A stretch of DNA of 64,000 bases from an uncultured Acidobacteriota bacterium (GTDB lineage Bacteria > Acidobacteriota > Blastocatellia > RBC074): assembly GCA_963796275.1 (NCBI GenBank), contig CAWCKY010000006.1:544001-608000 (forward strand). Direction: 5' to 3'. Within the stretch, counting starts at the first letter, position 1; every line of letters starts with the position of its first letter. Both the position numbers and the translations under genes were made by a program. Shown in pieces: positions 1 to 11,446 of this stretch. The notes below the pieces were generated by a model. That model was not told where the DNA came from and made no database searches. It worked only from the letters and a program-made list of their open reading frames with translations.

Positions 1-2090
1 GCTCGCTGGCGGGGGCCAATGCGCAAACGATCGTCAGGATTCTGGGACCACAATCGACGAGCCAGGCGGTCAACCCGGGCTGTCTCACCGGGGGGCCGGG
101 AGTTGGAGGGACGACGGGCATCAGCGCGGACGGGCAGGAGCTGTTCTGTTTGCCGTCATTGGGTAATGAGACGGCGGCAGGTATCAACTCGAATGATCGG
201 ACGAGACTGCAGCACACAATCAACGACCTGCTGGGCCGCGTCTTCGCGGTCACGCGCGGGTTCGCCGCGAATGACACTCTGTCGGGGTATGATGAGCCGG
301 GCTCGCTCTTCGTCAACGACTCGCGATACGGCGAGTACGATTTCTATCTGCAAGACACGTGGAAACTCCGCCCGAACCTGACGTTAGATATCGGCCTCCG
401 GTATGAGGCGAAGATGACTCCATTTGCACGCGGACGGCTCTTTGCACCGAATCAGCCGGTCAAGGTTAATGCACCCGCTACCGACGCACTGCGCTGGGAG
501 GACAAGGACCTCTATGAGAGCGATTTGAATAACTGGTCGCCGAGCATCGGTCTTGCGTGGGACCCACGTGGTGATGGCAAGACCTCGATACGCGCCAACT
601 ATCGTCTGTCTTATGACCGCATCAATACCTTCCTGTTGTCGAATGCGATCTATAACACCATTCCGGGTGTGACATTCGGCGCGGTCGACACAGAATTCGG
701 GGTTTCGGGAGGTCCCGTGGGCACCGGAGGGCGCATCAGCGATGGCATCCCCGCGCTTCTCCCACCTGCTGGCTCTAATCCCACAGCTCAGTTGCAGCCG
801 GCGCCATTCGGATCGGGCAACATAACAGTGATCGATCCCTCATTCCGATCGCCGGCGACCAGCCAATGGCAGCTCGATATTCAACGAGAGATCGGCAGGA
901 ATATCGTCGTTGAGGTCGCTTACATCGGCCGCCGCGCATCGGGTCTCTTCGGGGCGTACAACATCAATCAGGTAGATATTATCAATAATGGATTTCTGAA
1001 CGAATACAAGACTGTTTCAGCGGGCGGGAACAGCTCGCTCTTCGATCAACTTTTCGCCCCCGACTCACGCCGCAACGTCGCGATGAACGAATCAGGTTCC
1101 GCCTTTGTCCGTCGCCAATTCGCCACCGATATTGCCAACAACAACGTTGCGGCCGTCGCGGCTGACGCGGCGGGGCGCATTCAGGGAGGCCGCTCATTGC
1201 TTGAGCTTGCCGGGTTGCCGACAACATTCTTCCGCCCGTTTCCGCAGTTTAACGGCATCACGGTGGTCGACTCGAACGACTACTCGACCTATCACGGCCT
1301 GCAGGTAATGGTGCAGCGGAAATTCGCACAAGGCGTGTCGTTTCAGGGTTCATACACATTTTCGAAATCGCTCGATACGCGCTCGTTTGATCCGGCCTTT
1401 ACGACTGTAGATACCATGCCTAGCAGGCAACAGGCAGCGTCGACTCCGTTTGATATCTACCGCCGCTATCTCAACTATGCGCGGTCGGATTTCGATCGGA
1501 CGCATGTCTTCATCGGCTATGCAACCTGGGATCTGCCTTTCGGCAAGAACGGCTTGATCGGCAAAGGAGCCTCCGGATTTCTGCAGCGCTTCATCGAGGG
1601 TTGGAACGTCAATGGCGTTTTGACCGCCGAAACGGGCCGTCCTTTTACGGTCTTTTCCGGCTTCGGCCAGTACAGCAATATCGTCAACTCGACGGCCAAC
1701 TGCGATGGTTGTTCGCGTTATATGGGCGGGATCGATAAGAATGCCGCCAACTTCGGAGGCGTGCCCGGCTATTTTACGACTGAGGATATCGCAAAATTTT
1801 CGCAGCCCGGTCCGGGTGAATTGGGTAATACCGGTCGCAATTATTTCACCGGGCCTGGTCTCTGGAACATCGATATGGCCATCTTGAAGCGCACGAGCTT
1901 CGGGGAGAATAAAAATTTCGAACTGCGCTTCGAGTTTTTCAATGCGCTCAACCACGCGAATTTCGCATTCCCGAACATAAATTTCATGATCCGGAATGCC
2001 GTGCTGAGCAACACATCGTTCGGACGCATTCTGGATACCGGGAGCAACGAATCGCGCAAGATACGCATCGGCGCGAAGATCAACTTCTAA
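1..2090 (+). CDS. Oar-like TonB-dependent outer membrane receptor, 5'-truncated by the window edge
   Basis: Frame is open from position 3. Motifs [48 protein letters not shown] and terminal barrel strand RIGAKINF. Confidence 0.9.
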   Translation, partial: SLAGANAQTIVRILGPQSTSQAVNPGCLTGGPGVGGTTGISADGQELFCLPSLGNETAAGINSNDRTRLQHTINDLLGRVFAVTRGFAANDTLSGYDEPGSLFVNDSRYGEYDFYLQDTWKLRPNLTLDIGLRYEAKMTPFARGRLFAPNQPVKVNAPATDALRWEDKDLYESDLNNWSPSIGLAWDPRGDGKTSIRANYRLSYDRINTFLLSNAIYNTIPGVTFGAVDTEFGVSGGPVGTGGRISDGIPALLPPAGSNPTAQLQPAPFGSGNITVIDPSFRSPATSQWQLDIQREIGRNIVVEVAYIGRRASGLFGAYNINQVDIINNGFLNEYKTVSAGGNSSLFDQLFAPDSRRNVAMNESGSAFVRRQFATDIANNNVAAVAADAAGRIQGGRSLLELAGLPTTFFRPFPQFNGITVVDSNDYSTYHGLQVMVQRKFAQGVSFQGSYTFSKSLDTRSFDPAFTTVDTMPSRQQAASTPFDIYRRYLNYARSDFDRTHVFIGYATWDLPFGKNGLIGKGASGFLQRFIEGWNVNGVLTAETGRPFTVFSGFGQYSNIVNSTANCDGCSRYMGGIDKNAANFGGVPGYFTTEDIAKFSQPGPGELGNTGRNYFTGPGLWNIDMAILKRTSFGENKNFELRFEFFNALNHANFAFPNINFMIRNAVLSNTSFGRILDTGSNESRKIRIGAKINF

Positions 2091-2132
2091 TCAGCTGCGG
2101 AGGCAGAGAGACAGAATCAAGGAGCATATTCC

Positions 2133-5100
2133 ATGAAAGGGCGTTTTAAAGCTTTGCTGATCACCATAGTTCTATCCGTTCTGCTGGTTGCGAACGCATT
2201 CGCCCAGGCGAACTCGCGGATCAGCGGGACTGTGACCGATGCGACGGGCGCCGTCATACCCGGAGCGAAAGTCACGGCCAAAAACGAAGCGACCGGAGTC
2301 ACTCATACCCAAACGACGACTGGGGCCGGGTTGTATTCTTTTCCGGGGCTGCCTGTCGGATCATATTCCGTCATGGTCGAGCTAACCGGTTTCAAGACCA
2401 TCGACAAGAAAAGCAACATCCTCGAAGTCAATACGCCGCTCGTCGTCGATTTTGCGCTCGAGGTAGGGGGGACAAACGAGATAATCAACGTCGAAGGCGG
2501 TTACGAGCGTTTGCAGACAAGCAACGCGACGATCGGTAACGTCGTCCCGCAAAAGGCTATCGAATCGCTCCCGCTGAACGGTCGCAATCCGCTCTCGCTG
2601 ATCACGCTCGAACCCGGGGTCGTCCAGCGCTCGTCCGGCGGCATCGGCGCGGGGGTGCACGTCAACGGCTCGCGCGACCAGGCTTTCAATGTGACGATCG
2701 ACGGCATCGAAGCCAACGAATCGTCGGTCCCGAACCCTGTCTCGAACCTCTACCGGTTGAACCCGGACAACGTTCAGGAGTACAAGGTTACGACCAACAA
2801 CGCCACTCCCGAAGAGGGGCGCAACAGCGGCGCTTCCGTCTCGATCGCCACTCGCGGCGGGCAGAACGAATTTCACGGCACGGTCTTCGAATTCTTGCGC
2901 AACACCGCGCTCAACTCCAACGAATTCTTCGCCAATACGAACGGCACGGAAAAGCCCGATATCAAGCTTCACCAATACGGATTCGAAATCGGCGGGCCGA
3001 TCAGGAAGAACAAGACGTTCTTTTTCGGGAGTTGGCAGGGACAGAACGTGAAGTTCTCGCAGCCGATCGATCAGACTTTCGGTTTCCCGACTATGTTCAC
3101 TCCGACAGCGCTCGCGGGAAAGTTCCGATATCTCAAAGGCGGCGTGAACAGTCCTACGCTCGTCGATCCCCGAACCGGCGCGCTCGCTCCCGGAGTCCGC
3201 GAATGCACGGGTGCCGGCGACACCAGCTGCATCGCCACTTACGACATCTATGCTAACGATCCGCGCGGGATCGGCATCGACCCGGTCATCGCCCAGCTCT
3301 TCAATTCTTATCCGACGCCGAACAATTATTCGATCGGCGACGGATTGAATACCGCGACCTACTCGTGGAATCCGCCGACCGAGACTCAGGGGCCGCATTG
3401 GGCAATCCGCCTCGATCACGTCATCAATGAAAAGAATTCGATCTTCGTACGCTGGCTGCAGGCAGATCAGAATACGCTCCGCGGCGATCCTTTGAACTCT
3501 CGCCCGCAGGTCTTTCCCGGATTTCCGCCGCTCGGCGAAGTCTTCCGCGCGACTAAGAACCTGGCCGTCGGATATCGTTCACAGCTCACGCCGACGATCG
3601 ATAATGAATTTATCGTGGGGTTCGCCCGCTTCGTTTTCCTCTTCACCCAGGCCGAGGCGAATCCCGCCTTTCCGAATATTCCCCCGTATGACTTTGAACT
3701 GGCGGACGTACCCTTCATCAATACGCCGCGCACTTTCCGCGCGGTGACGACGCCGCAATTTATTGACAACATCGGAATCCTGAAAGGTGCGCATCAATTT
3801 CGCGCGGGCATCAACGTGCGTTTCTACCAGCACAACGATCAGCGTGGGCAACCGGGCGGTGTGAACGTCACCCCGACTATTTCGTTCGATCCCCAATTGT
3901 TGCCATCAGAACTGCAACTGAATCCACCTCAGGGTGCGACGGAAGGGATCAGCGCGAACGATCTGGACCGTTTGAATGATACGACCAGCGAACTGCTGGG
4001 TATCCCTTCCCGCTTGACTCAGCTCTATATCGGCGACCTGAATGCCGATGCTTTCCTGCCCTTCACCCGCAACGGCCAGGTATCGCTCTTCGCCGTCGGA
4101 ACCCGTCTGAAGCAATACAACATTTACGCGCAGGACGAATGGAGGCTGCGCCCTAATCTGACGATCAACTATGGGTTGCGAATGGAGCTCAATACGCCGC
4201 CGAAGGAGGCGGCGCAGCGTGTGTACGTCCCCGATCAGCTGATCGACGGCTCGCAGGGGCCGGTCACTTTCAGCCGAGGGAAGAGCTTTTACGAAGACGA
4301 TAACGCGTTGGCTTTCGGCCCGCGTCTGGGCATTGCGTGGAGTCCGGGGCGCAACAACAAGTTCGTTATTCGCACCGGCTACGGCGTCGCGTTCGATCCC
4401 ATATCGTCGTTCCAGGTGACTGCCGTATCGGGACGTCCGCCGGGATTGATCGGCACATGTCAGGTGACTGTCGGCTTAGCGCCTCCGGCGGGCTGCGCAT
4501 CTGTTCAAGCGATCCAGCGCATCGCCGAGGGCTTCCCGACAGAGTTGCCTCCGCCGACGACGAAACCGTCTTCCTTCCTCACCTTGCCGGCCGCGCTCTT
4601 GGGCAACGCGCCTCCGGTTACAGTCTTCGACCAGAAGTTGAAATTGCCCACGGTCCATCAATGGAATTTGAATTTGCAGTATGAACTGCCCATGGGGATT
4701 GTCGCGCAGGGCGCCTACATCGGCCGCCGCGGCACGCGCCTGCTGCGCGCCTACGACATCAACCAGATCGACGCCCAACCGATTTTGCCCGATTTTCTGG
4801 CGATGCAGCAGAATGTGGCCAAAGGTTGTAATCCCGACGGATTGGGCTGTCCCGTGGGCGTGACCGGAGCGCTGATCTCGATCGTCAATTATCCATTGGT
4901 CCCGAATGGTCCGAGAGGCCCGTTGCAGCAGGGTTTTGTCAACTCGACCACGACGAGAACGGACCTGAGACAGAACGGAGCGGGCAATTTTGCCGGACGA
5001 GTCGAGCAGACCACGCTGGATTTGCGGCTGCGCCCGAACCAGCAGTTCAGCAGGATCACCTACATCGACTCGGGCGGAAATTCCTGGTACCACGCCGCGC

Positions 5101-5897
5101 AATTCACTTTGCGCAAACGGTTCGAGAAGGGATTGCTCTTCGGATTGGCTTACACGTTCGGCAAATCAACAGACGACCAGTCTGTCGACCCGGTAGGCCC
5201 GAGTTCGGGCGGCGCACTTTCGACCACAAATTCGCGGACGCCTACGGATGCGCGCAACTGGCGCGGCGAGCGCGGGCGGTCTGATTTCGACCGCACTCAC
5301 GCCTTGTCCGCGAGCGGCCTCTGGGAATTGCCGATCGGTAGAGGGAAATGGCTCAAGACCGACAACGGCATTCTCAATACGATCGCCGGTGGATGGGCGG
5401 TGAACGGCATCTTCACGCGGATGTCTGGAGAGCCGTTCACTCCTCGCAGCGGCGTGAGGACCGCAAATTACTCACACGAATCGCGTGTCGATGTAATCAA
5501 ACCGGTCGAAGCAAAATTGCAGGAAATATCTGATGTGGCTGGCCCCGTGCTTTTCCCCGACAATTCAGCGTTCGCGATCCCACAACCGGGATCGAATGGC
5601 GCCGGTCGCAACATATTCACGGGGCCGAGTTATTGGAACCTGGACATCGGTATTAACAAGAATTTCCAATTGACCGAGCGATTCAAGCTCGATATCCGCA
5701 TGGAGATGTTCAACGCGTTTAACCATACGAACTTCGACAATATCCGCGATGCGTCGATCGAAAACGCATCGAGCTTAACTTCGCCGAACTTCGGCCAGAC
5801 ATGTTGCGCCGCGGTGGCTCCGCCGACGACGCAGACGATCATTCAGACGGGCGAAGCCGCGCGCGTCATTCAGTTCGCAGTGAAGGTGAGGTTCTGA
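2133..5897 (+). CDS. Oar-like TonB-dependent receptor with N-terminal carboxypeptidase-regulatory-like domain
   Basis: RBS AAGGAG, signal peptide, ISGTVTDATGAVIPGAKVT, LPLNGRN plug motif, YAQDEWRLRPNLTINYGLR, terminal QFAVKVRF. Confidence 0.92.
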   Translation: MKGRFKALLITIVLSVLLVANAFAQANSRISGTVTDATGAVIPGAKVTAKNEATGVTHTQTTTGAGLYSFPGLPVGSYSVMVELTGFKTIDKKSNILEVNTPLVVDFALEVGGTNEIINVEGGYERLQTSNATIGNVVPQKAIESLPLNGRNPLSLITLEPGVVQRSSGGIGAGVHVNGSRDQAFNVTIDGIEANESSVPNPVSNLYRLNPDNVQEYKVTTNNATPEEGRNSGASVSIATRGGQNEFHGTVFEFLRNTALNSNEFFANTNGTEKPDIKLHQYGFEIGGPIRKNKTFFFGSWQGQNVKFSQPIDQTFGFPTMFTPTALAGKFRYLKGGVNSPTLVDPRTGALAPGVRECTGAGDTSCIATYDIYANDPRGIGIDPVIAQLFNSYPTPNNYSIGDGLNTATYSWNPPTETQGPHWAIRLDHVINEKNSIFVRWLQADQNTLRGDPLNSRPQVFPGFPPLGEVFRATKNLAVGYRSQLTPTIDNEFIVGFARFVFLFTQAEANPAFPNIPPYDFELADVPFINTPRTFRAVTTPQFIDNIGILKGAHQFRAGINVRFYQHNDQRGQPGGVNVTPTISFDPQLLPSELQLNPPQGATEGISANDLDRLNDTTSELLGIPSRLTQLYIGDLNADAFLPFTRNGQVSLFAVGTRLKQYNIYAQDEWRLRPNLTINYGLRMELNTPPKEAAQRVYVPDQLIDGSQGPVTFSRGKSFYEDDNALAFGPRLGIAWSPGRNNKFVIRTGYGVAFDPISSFQVTAVSGRPPGLIGTCQVTVGLAPPAGCASVQAIQRIAEGFPTELPPPTTKPSSFLTLPAALLGNAPPVTVFDQKLKLPTVHQWNLNLQYELPMGIVAQGAYIGRRGTRLLRAYDINQIDAQPILPDFLAMQQNVAKGCNPDGLGCPVGVTGALISIVNYPLVPNGPRGPLQQGFVNSTTTRTDLRQNGAGNFAGRVEQTTLDLRLRPNQQFSRITYIDSGGNSWYHAAQFTLRKRFEKGLLFGLAYTFGKSTDDQSVDPVGPSSGGALSTTNSRTPTDARNWRGERGRSDFDRTHALSASGLWELPIGRGKWLKTDNGILNTIAGGWAVNGIFTRMSGEPFTPRSGVRTANYSHESRVDVIKPVEAKLQEISDVAGPVLFPDNSAFAIPQPGSNGAGRNIFTGPSYWNLDIGINKNFQLTERFKLDIRMEMFNAFNHTNFDNIRDASIENASSLTSPNFGQTCCAAVAPPTTQTIIQTGEAARVIQFAVKVRF

Positions 5898-5912
5898 AGA
5901 AGAACGGTAGTG

Positions 5913-5983
5913 AGTTGATAGTTGATAGTTGATAGTTCGTATAGATTGTCGCCACAGTCAATACGAACTATCAACTATCAACT
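5913..5983. repeat. Heptamer-array hairpin (GTTGATA)3 ... (TATCAAC)2 between convergent genes; possible bidirectional terminator
   Basis: 5920-5942 agttgatagttgatagttcgtat is the exact reverse complement of 5961-5983 (23-bp stem, 18-nt loop). Confidence 0.85.
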
Positions 5984-5997
5984 CCTTACTGTTCTTT

Positions 5998-8427
5998 TTA
6001 GAGCAAAATTTCGTCCTTATAACACCACGCCCAGTCCTCTCCCGGCTCGAGCGATTTGATGATCGGGTGCCCGGTCTCGTGCGAGTGCCCGGTCGCGTGC
6101 TTGTTCTTTGACGAATCGCAGCAGCCGACGTGGCCGCAGGTCATACATATCCTCAGATGCACCCACGAATCGCCGATTCGCAGGCAATCCTCGCACCCGC
6201 GGGCGCTGGGTAAGACCGGGCGCGTTTGATCGAGGTGCGAGCACGATGGATGCGGACGCGCAAGATTCAGCTCTACTATTTTTTCCGGATCGAATTTTAT
6301 TTTCACTTCTTCACTCGCAGATATCTCCTGAGAAGCAGACGGGGCAGACGAGGCAGACGGCGCAGGCCGGAAGATGGCGGCGCTCCGCGCAAATGCATCG
6401 GATGGCCCCGCCAATATCAACTGGTCGCCTGCTCTCAGGCGTAAATTGCCGTTGAGATCTCTCAAATCTTTTCCGTTACGCTTCACCGTTTGAACCGTAA
6501 TGGAATATCTCTTCTCGAGCTCCAATTCGGCTATGGCACTGCCGGCGGCCTGCGAGCCGGCGCGGATGAGGACGGTTCTCGTATCGAGACAATCCTCCCC
6601 CGGATGGCATCTCACCACCGGTTCCTCATCAATCGTTTCATTCAAGAGTGCAGCGTAGCCTCCGTTTCTGACAGCCGCTTCGTGAGCCTCGATCTCTTTG
6701 GCTGAGATGCGGTAATCTCGCAGAACTTCGGCAAACAGTTGTACGATGCTCTCCAACTCTTCTGCTATGACGAGATCGGCTCCCGCCTCGGTCAGAGGCT
6801 CGACATCGCTCGTGTAGCGTGTGCGGACGACTAATCGCATTGTCGGGTTCAGTATACGAGCGACCGTCGTTATACGGTGAGCCATGGCAGGATCATCATC
6901 GGCGATGATCATCATCTTTGCGCGCTCGATTCCGACAAGATAGAGCGTATGCTGTTTGCTCGAGTCGCCGCGCAGCACCGGAAGCCCATCAGCCTCAGCT
7001 TCATTGGCGCCACCGGGGCTCAGGGTCGTGATAATGAAGGGGATATTCGATCCGTCGAGCACGCGCACGAGCCGCCGCGCAGCCTGACCGTAGCCGGCGA
7101 CGATGACGTGGTCTTCGAGTCGCGGAATGTCCGATGGCGGAGATGCGGTTTCAACTCGGGCCTGCTCCTTTGCCTCTATCCGATGTTCGAGCCGACCGGA
7201 AAGTTTTACGCCGAGGGTCGAGAGGAGCGGCGTCAGAATCATCAGAATCACGCTCGCCGCGATGAATGTCTGCGATCCCGCTTCCCCCATTCCTCCGGGC
7301 GAGAGTCCCGATTCTCGTCCCGCCCTTGCGAGAACAAAGGAGAATTCGCCGATCTGGGCGAGCATTAATCCGGAAACGGCGGCCAGGGGTAGCTTATAAC
7401 CCAGAGCCAGCACACTTATTCCGGTTGTTACCAGTTTGATGATCAGCACAAGAACAATCGCCGTGAGCACGAGCGGGAGGTTGTTCATCAGAAAGTGAAG
7501 ATCGAGCAGCATCCCGACAGAAATGAAGAAAGTCGCGCTGAAGAGTATCTGCAGCGGCATCGTTTCGCCCAGCGCGTGTTCGCTGAAGCGGCTCTCGCTC
7601 ACTAGCAGGCCGGCGAGAAAGGCTCCCAGCGATAGGCTCACACCTGCGAGGCTGGTGAGATATGCCGTGCCGAAGCAGATGGCGATCACAGTCAGAAGGA
7701 ATAACTCCGGCGAACATGTGAGAGCTACCTGCTCGAGAATTTTCGGCATCAGTCTGCGCGCGAAGAGCAGCACGACGATGATGATTGCGATGGCCTTCCC
7801 GAGTGCCAGGACGATGCCTTCCGGCGAACCCGCGGATCCGCTGAGCACGGGCACGAGCAGCACCATGACGATGATCGCCAGGTCTTGAAAGATGAGCAGT
7901 CCGAGGTTGATCTGGCCGTGTGCGGAGTTCGTTTCGCCCCTGTCCGATAAAAGCTTCAAAACAATAGCGGTCGAGCTGAGCGCGATGAGAAGTCCCGTAA
8001 AAAGAGCCGGGCGCCAATTTATACCGAACAGCGCGAGCAGGGCCAGCGTCGCGATGGTGGCAAGCGTCACCTGTAGGCCGCCTCCGATGAAGATCAGCCT
8101 CTTGATGCGCGCCAGTTTCTCCAGACTGAATTCGATGCCGATGGTGAAGAGCAGCAGCACCACCCCAACTTCCGCGGCGGAGTTGACCAGCTCATCATCG
8201 CGCACAAATCCCAATCCGTTAGGTCCGATCGTGACGCCCGCCAGAAGAAACCCGATGATCGGAACCAATTTCAGACGGTAGCAGATATACGCGATCCCGG
8301 CGCCCGCGACGATCAATGCGACGACTTCCGGCAAAAACCCCGGGATTCCAGCGGCAGCAAATTTTGCAATTGGGACGCCGAGGCTCGCAGAGGAATAAAT
8401 ATAGATTAGATGATCAGCTGTCTCCAT
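5998..8427 (-). CDS. CPA2/KefC-type cation:proton antiporter with TrkA-N, TrkA-C and C-terminal UBP-type zinc finger
   Basis: Multi-TM region with LLFTIGIEFS, ALSSTAIV, LAQIGEFSFVL; HVIVAGYG Rossmann motif; C-terminal CSHL...CEDC...WVHLRICMTCGHVGCCDSSKNKHATGH...WAWCY. Confidence 0.9.
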   Translation of the reverse strand: METADHLIYIYSSASLGVPIAKFAAAGIPGFLPEVVALIVAGAGIAYICYRLKLVPIIGFLLAGVTIGPNGLGFVRDDELVNSAAEVGVVLLLFTIGIEFSLEKLARIKRLIFIGGGLQVTLATIATLALLALFGINWRPALFTGLLIALSSTAIVLKLLSDRGETNSAHGQINLGLLIFQDLAIIVMVLLVPVLSGSAGSPEGIVLALGKAIAIIIVVLLFARRLMPKILEQVALTCSPELFLLTVIAICFGTAYLTSLAGVSLSLGAFLAGLLVSESRFSEHALGETMPLQILFSATFFISVGMLLDLHFLMNNLPLVLTAIVLVLIIKLVTTGISVLALGYKLPLAAVSGLMLAQIGEFSFVLARAGRESGLSPGGMGEAGSQTFIAASVILMILTPLLSTLGVKLSGRLEHRIEAKEQARVETASPPSDIPRLEDHVIVAGYGQAARRLVRVLDGSNIPFIITTLSPGGANEAEADGLPVLRGDSSKQHTLYLVGIERAKMMIIADDDPAMAHRITTVARILNPTMRLVVRTRYTSDVEPLTEAGADLVIAEELESIVQLFAEVLRDYRISAKEIEAHEAAVRNGGYAALLNETIDEEPVVRCHPGEDCLDTRTVLIRAGSQAAGSAIAELELEKRYSITVQTVKRNGKDLRDLNGNLRLRAGDQLILAGPSDAFARSAAIFRPAPSASSAPSASQEISASEEVKIKFDPEKIVELNLARPHPSCSHLDQTRPVLPSARGCEDCLRIGDSWVHLRICMTCGHVGCCDSSKNKHATGHSHETGHPIIKSLEPGEDWAWCYKDEILL

Positions 8428-8539
8428 GTCTCCTCTGGAAGTCCCCGGGAGCGTGCGCTCGCGCGCCGCCTCCCTGGTGTTTTCATTGTTTATGCAGCGT
8501 CCACGAATGTACGGCTTTTCCGCGTATCTCGTGGGGGCT

Positions 8540-9562
8540 TTAATCGAACAGACTCCCTTGTGCTGTCGGGCGGCGGAATGTCTTTCGACGATCCTTCATC
8601 TCGTATCTCTTCTGGTTGAGGCCGAGCCTTCGCGCATGGATGCTGAAAGTTTGCACGACCATATCCCAATAAGGCCCTTCGCCGCGCATGCGTTCTCCGA
8701 ACCCGCTGCGATTCAAGACGCCGCCTTTCACTTCTTTAATCCGATTGATGATCTTCTGCTCCCGCATCGGCAGCTTTTCCTGCAATCGTTCGAGAAAATA
8801 GGGCCGCACGCTGCCAGGCAAGCGCAGCAGGTTGATGAAGGCGGATGTTGCGCCCGCGTCACGCGCCCGTTCGAGTAATTCAGGAATCTCGTGTTCATTC
8901 AACCCGGGAATCACTGGAGCTATCCCCAGACCCACTTCTATACCGGCGTCGGCTAAATCTTTCATCGCTTTGAAACGCGCCTCGGGAAATGGCGCAAATG
9001 GTTCAAAGGCCCGATTGAATTCATGGTCGAGGAAGGGAATTGTAAAATTGACTCTGATATCGGCCTCTTCGGAAATTTGTTTGAGGAGGTCAAGGTCGCG
9101 GCGGATCAAGGCTGATTTCGTTAGGATGCTGACGGGATTACGAAACTCCAGACAAACTTCCAAACAACGACGTGTCAGTTGGTAATTCGCCTCGAGCGGA
9201 ATGTAGGGATCGGAGGTGAATGAAAAAACGAGAACGTCGCCTTCCCAGCTCTTCTTCATGAATTCTTCGCGCAGCAATTCCGGTGCACGAATTTTGGCGA
9301 CGATCTTCCGCTCGAAATCCGTTCCGGCGCCGAAGCCGAGATATTCGTGCGTCGGCCGCGAAAAGCAATAGGTGCAGCCGTGCGGGCATCCCCTGTAACA
9401 GTTGACCGAAAAATCGAACGGAATGTCCGGGCTGCTGTTATTCGTGATAATGGAGCGTGTCGATGTTTCTTCAAAGACTTCCAACCTGGCTTCCGGAGGC
9501 TCGCCGATCCATTCATGGTGAGTGGAAAGCCAGGGATTCGGCGGATTATTTACATAACGCAT
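8540..9562 (-). CDS. Radical SAM protein, PA0069/Rv2578c (SplB-like) family
   Basis: [13 protein letters not shown] (CxxxCxxC), [20 protein letters not shown]. Start placed at the ATG after an AGAGGG RBS; the ORF track extends to 9604. Confidence 0.88.
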   Translation of the reverse strand: MRYVNNPPNPWLSTHHEWIGEPPEARLEVFEETSTRSIITNNSSPDIPFDFSVNCYRGCPHGCTYCFSRPTHEYLGFGAGTDFERKIVAKIRAPELLREEFMKKSWEGDVLVFSFTSDPYIPLEANYQLTRRCLEVCLEFRNPVSILTKSALIRRDLDLLKQISEEADIRVNFTIPFLDHEFNRAFEPFAPFPEARFKAMKDLADAGIEVGLGIAPVIPGLNEHEIPELLERARDAGATSAFINLLRLPGSVRPYFLERLQEKLPMREQKIINRIKEVKGGVLNRSGFGERMRGEGPYWDMVVQTFSIHARRLGLNQKRYEMKDRRKTFRRPTAQGSLFD

Positions 9563-9661
9563 AAACCCTCTTTCTACCCGCTTGCTCTTTTTTTCCGCCT
9601 GCACCCATTAACAGTCTAACTCTCGTGTGTGTTATAACCAAGGCGTTCCTCAAGAGTAAAA

Positions 9662-10273
9662 ATGGTGAGAGGGAATCAGTCAATATCGATCGATAAACCG
9701 CCCATCGTTACGCGAACCGAATGGGGTTGTCCCGATGGTCAGATAACGAATCACGGGGATTTATCATATTCCACGGTTACGCATCTGATCGTTCATCATA
9801 CGGTAAACGACAACGATTCGCCGGACTGGGGTGAGGTTGTACTCAGCATCTGGAATTTTCACATCTTCGATCGGGGCTTCGACGATATCGGATACAATTA
9901 CCTGATCGATCCGGACGGAGTGATCTATGAAGGGCGATCGGGCGGTGACGATGTACAGGGGGCGCATTTCAGCGGGGTCAATGCGGGAACGATGGGCGTC
10001 GCTATGCTCGGGACATTCACAGATGTCGAACCTGCTCAGGAAGCCCTCCTCGCCCTCAAAGTACTATTGGCATGGAAATGTCATCAACTCTGCCTGGACC
10101 CGATTGCGACCTCGATTCACGCGGCGTCTCAGCTCGAGCTAGATACGATCTCGGGTCATCGCGATGGCCCCGGAACAACTGAATGTCCAGGGGAGAGGCT
10201 CTATGATCTGTTGCCATTAATCAGAAGCGATGTTAATCAGATGCTGGCCTCAGCGAGGAATATCCGCAGCTAA
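9662..10273 (+). CDS. N-acetylmuramoyl-L-alanine amidase (Amidase_2/PGRP-like)
   Basis: [39 protein letters not shown] zinc-ligand motifs; no signal peptide. Confidence 0.88.
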   Translation: MVRGNQSISIDKPPIVTRTEWGCPDGQITNHGDLSYSTVTHLIVHHTVNDNDSPDWGEVVLSIWNFHIFDRGFDDIGYNYLIDPDGVIYEGRSGGDDVQGAHFSGVNAGTMGVAMLGTFTDVEPAQEALLALKVLLAWKCHQLCLDPIATSIHAASQLELDTISGHRDGPGTTECPGERLYDLLPLIRSDVNQMLASARNIRS

Positions 10274-10363
10274 AATGTCAAATAAAGACACATAAAGAAA
10301 GACCGTAGCTTTTCCCGCGGCTCGCTTCTATTTGTGGCCTTTTTGTTTGTGGTCGTTTGATTC

Positions 10364-11446
10364 TTATCTTCGATAATCGAGCCGCTCGAAGGGAGAGGTT
10401 AAACCGAGCAGTTCGAGAAACTGCTTGTTCTCGCGTAAATCCGAGAAATCCAAATCGTTCAGCGCTTGCGCGCGAAAACGAGGTTGAATTTGGATAGATC
10501 GCCTCAAATAATCGATCGCCTGATCGTGCGAACCCGTCTGCGCATGAGTTGCGGCGAGCGAATAGAGGAGATGTGGCTCATCAGGCCGCAGCCGCAGAGC
10601 CTTTTCGAAGAACGAGCGCGCTTGTGTGAAATCGCCGATGTTTAATGCGAAGACGCCCCGGTCATAGAGTTCATCAGCATTGCGCGGCATTGAAGGTGTA
10701 TGCGCGAGTTTCTGATTGCAGACCTGTATATAGGTCTGCGCCCGTGAGATTATCTCAACCTCATTCGGGAACCGTGGCTGAAGGTTTTCGAACATAACTT
10801 TCGCTTCCGCATACTGGCGCCGATTGAAAACCTTGACCGCCTGTTCGAATGCGCGCAGAACTGCCGAAGATACCTGCCGCCGCGGCGGCTCAGGAGGTAA
10901 TAGCGGCACCTTCGGTAACTGAGTCGCTCTGCGGACAACCAATGAAACTTTTCCTTTGCCCTTTGTTCGAACTTTCGTCGCCCGTGTTGCCCCTGCCCCT
11001 GCCCCTGTGGCTCCGGTTGCCCGGGTTACCCCGCGAACCTTTGATGCTCGGTGGAGCCTGGTTGCCCGTTTAACTTTTGGAACAGCTCTTGCCTTGGCGA
11101 CCTTAGTAGCAACCCTCGATTTAGGATATGCTTTCGAAAGCGTCTTCGCCTTCTTCCTTGTGGCAATTTTTTTAGATTTCTCTACTCTCTTTATTTTCTT
11201 CGCAGAAGTTTTGGTCGATTTGGCGATCGCTCTTTTTATTCTTGCAGTTTTCTTCACGGATTTTGTTGCCTTCGGCTTCGCTTTGACCGTCTTCTTTAGC
11301 AATCTTTTCTTCGCAGTCTTTAGACGGGTTGAAGAGGGGGATTTAGCCTTGGCTCTGGGTACAGATTTTGAACCCGTCGCCTTAGTAGCAACTCTGATTT
11401 TGCCTTTCGATTTAGTTCTGTGACTTCTTGAGAGTGCTTCCCTCAT
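10364..11446 (-). CDS. TPR protein with long Lys/Arg/Ala-rich histone-H1-like N-terminal region
   Basis: About 175 basic low-complexity residues, a Pro-rich linker, then TPR repeats ([56 protein letters not shown]). Confidence 0.8.
   Translation of the reverse strand: MREALSRSHRTKSKGKIRVATKATGSKSVPRAKAKSPSSTRLKTAKKRLLKKTVKAKPKATKSVKKTARIKRAIAKSTKTSAKKIKRVEKSKKIATRKKAKTLSKAYPKSRVATKVAKARAVPKVKRATRLHRASKVRGVTRATGATGAGAGATRATKVRTKGKGKVSLVVRRATQLPKVPLLPPEPPRRQVSSAVLRAFEQAVKVFNRRQYAEAKVMFENLQPRFPNEVEIISRAQTYIQVCNQKLAHTPSMPRNADELYDRGVFALNIGDFTQARSFFEKALRLRPDEPHLLYSLAATHAQTGSHDQAIDYLRRSIQIQPRFRAQALNDLDFSDLRENKQFLELLGLTSPFERLDYRR

Noticed and set aside
2382-3419. Long antisense ORFs (e.g. 2382-3419, 43041-44090, 62149-62841)
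   Set aside because: Typical stop-poor shadows opposite well-supported genes in GC-rich DNA.
10956-11423. Hydrophobic 155-aa ORF on + strand
   Set aside because: Antisense shadow of the Lys-rich codons of the TPR gene (AAA/AAG read as Phe/Leu).
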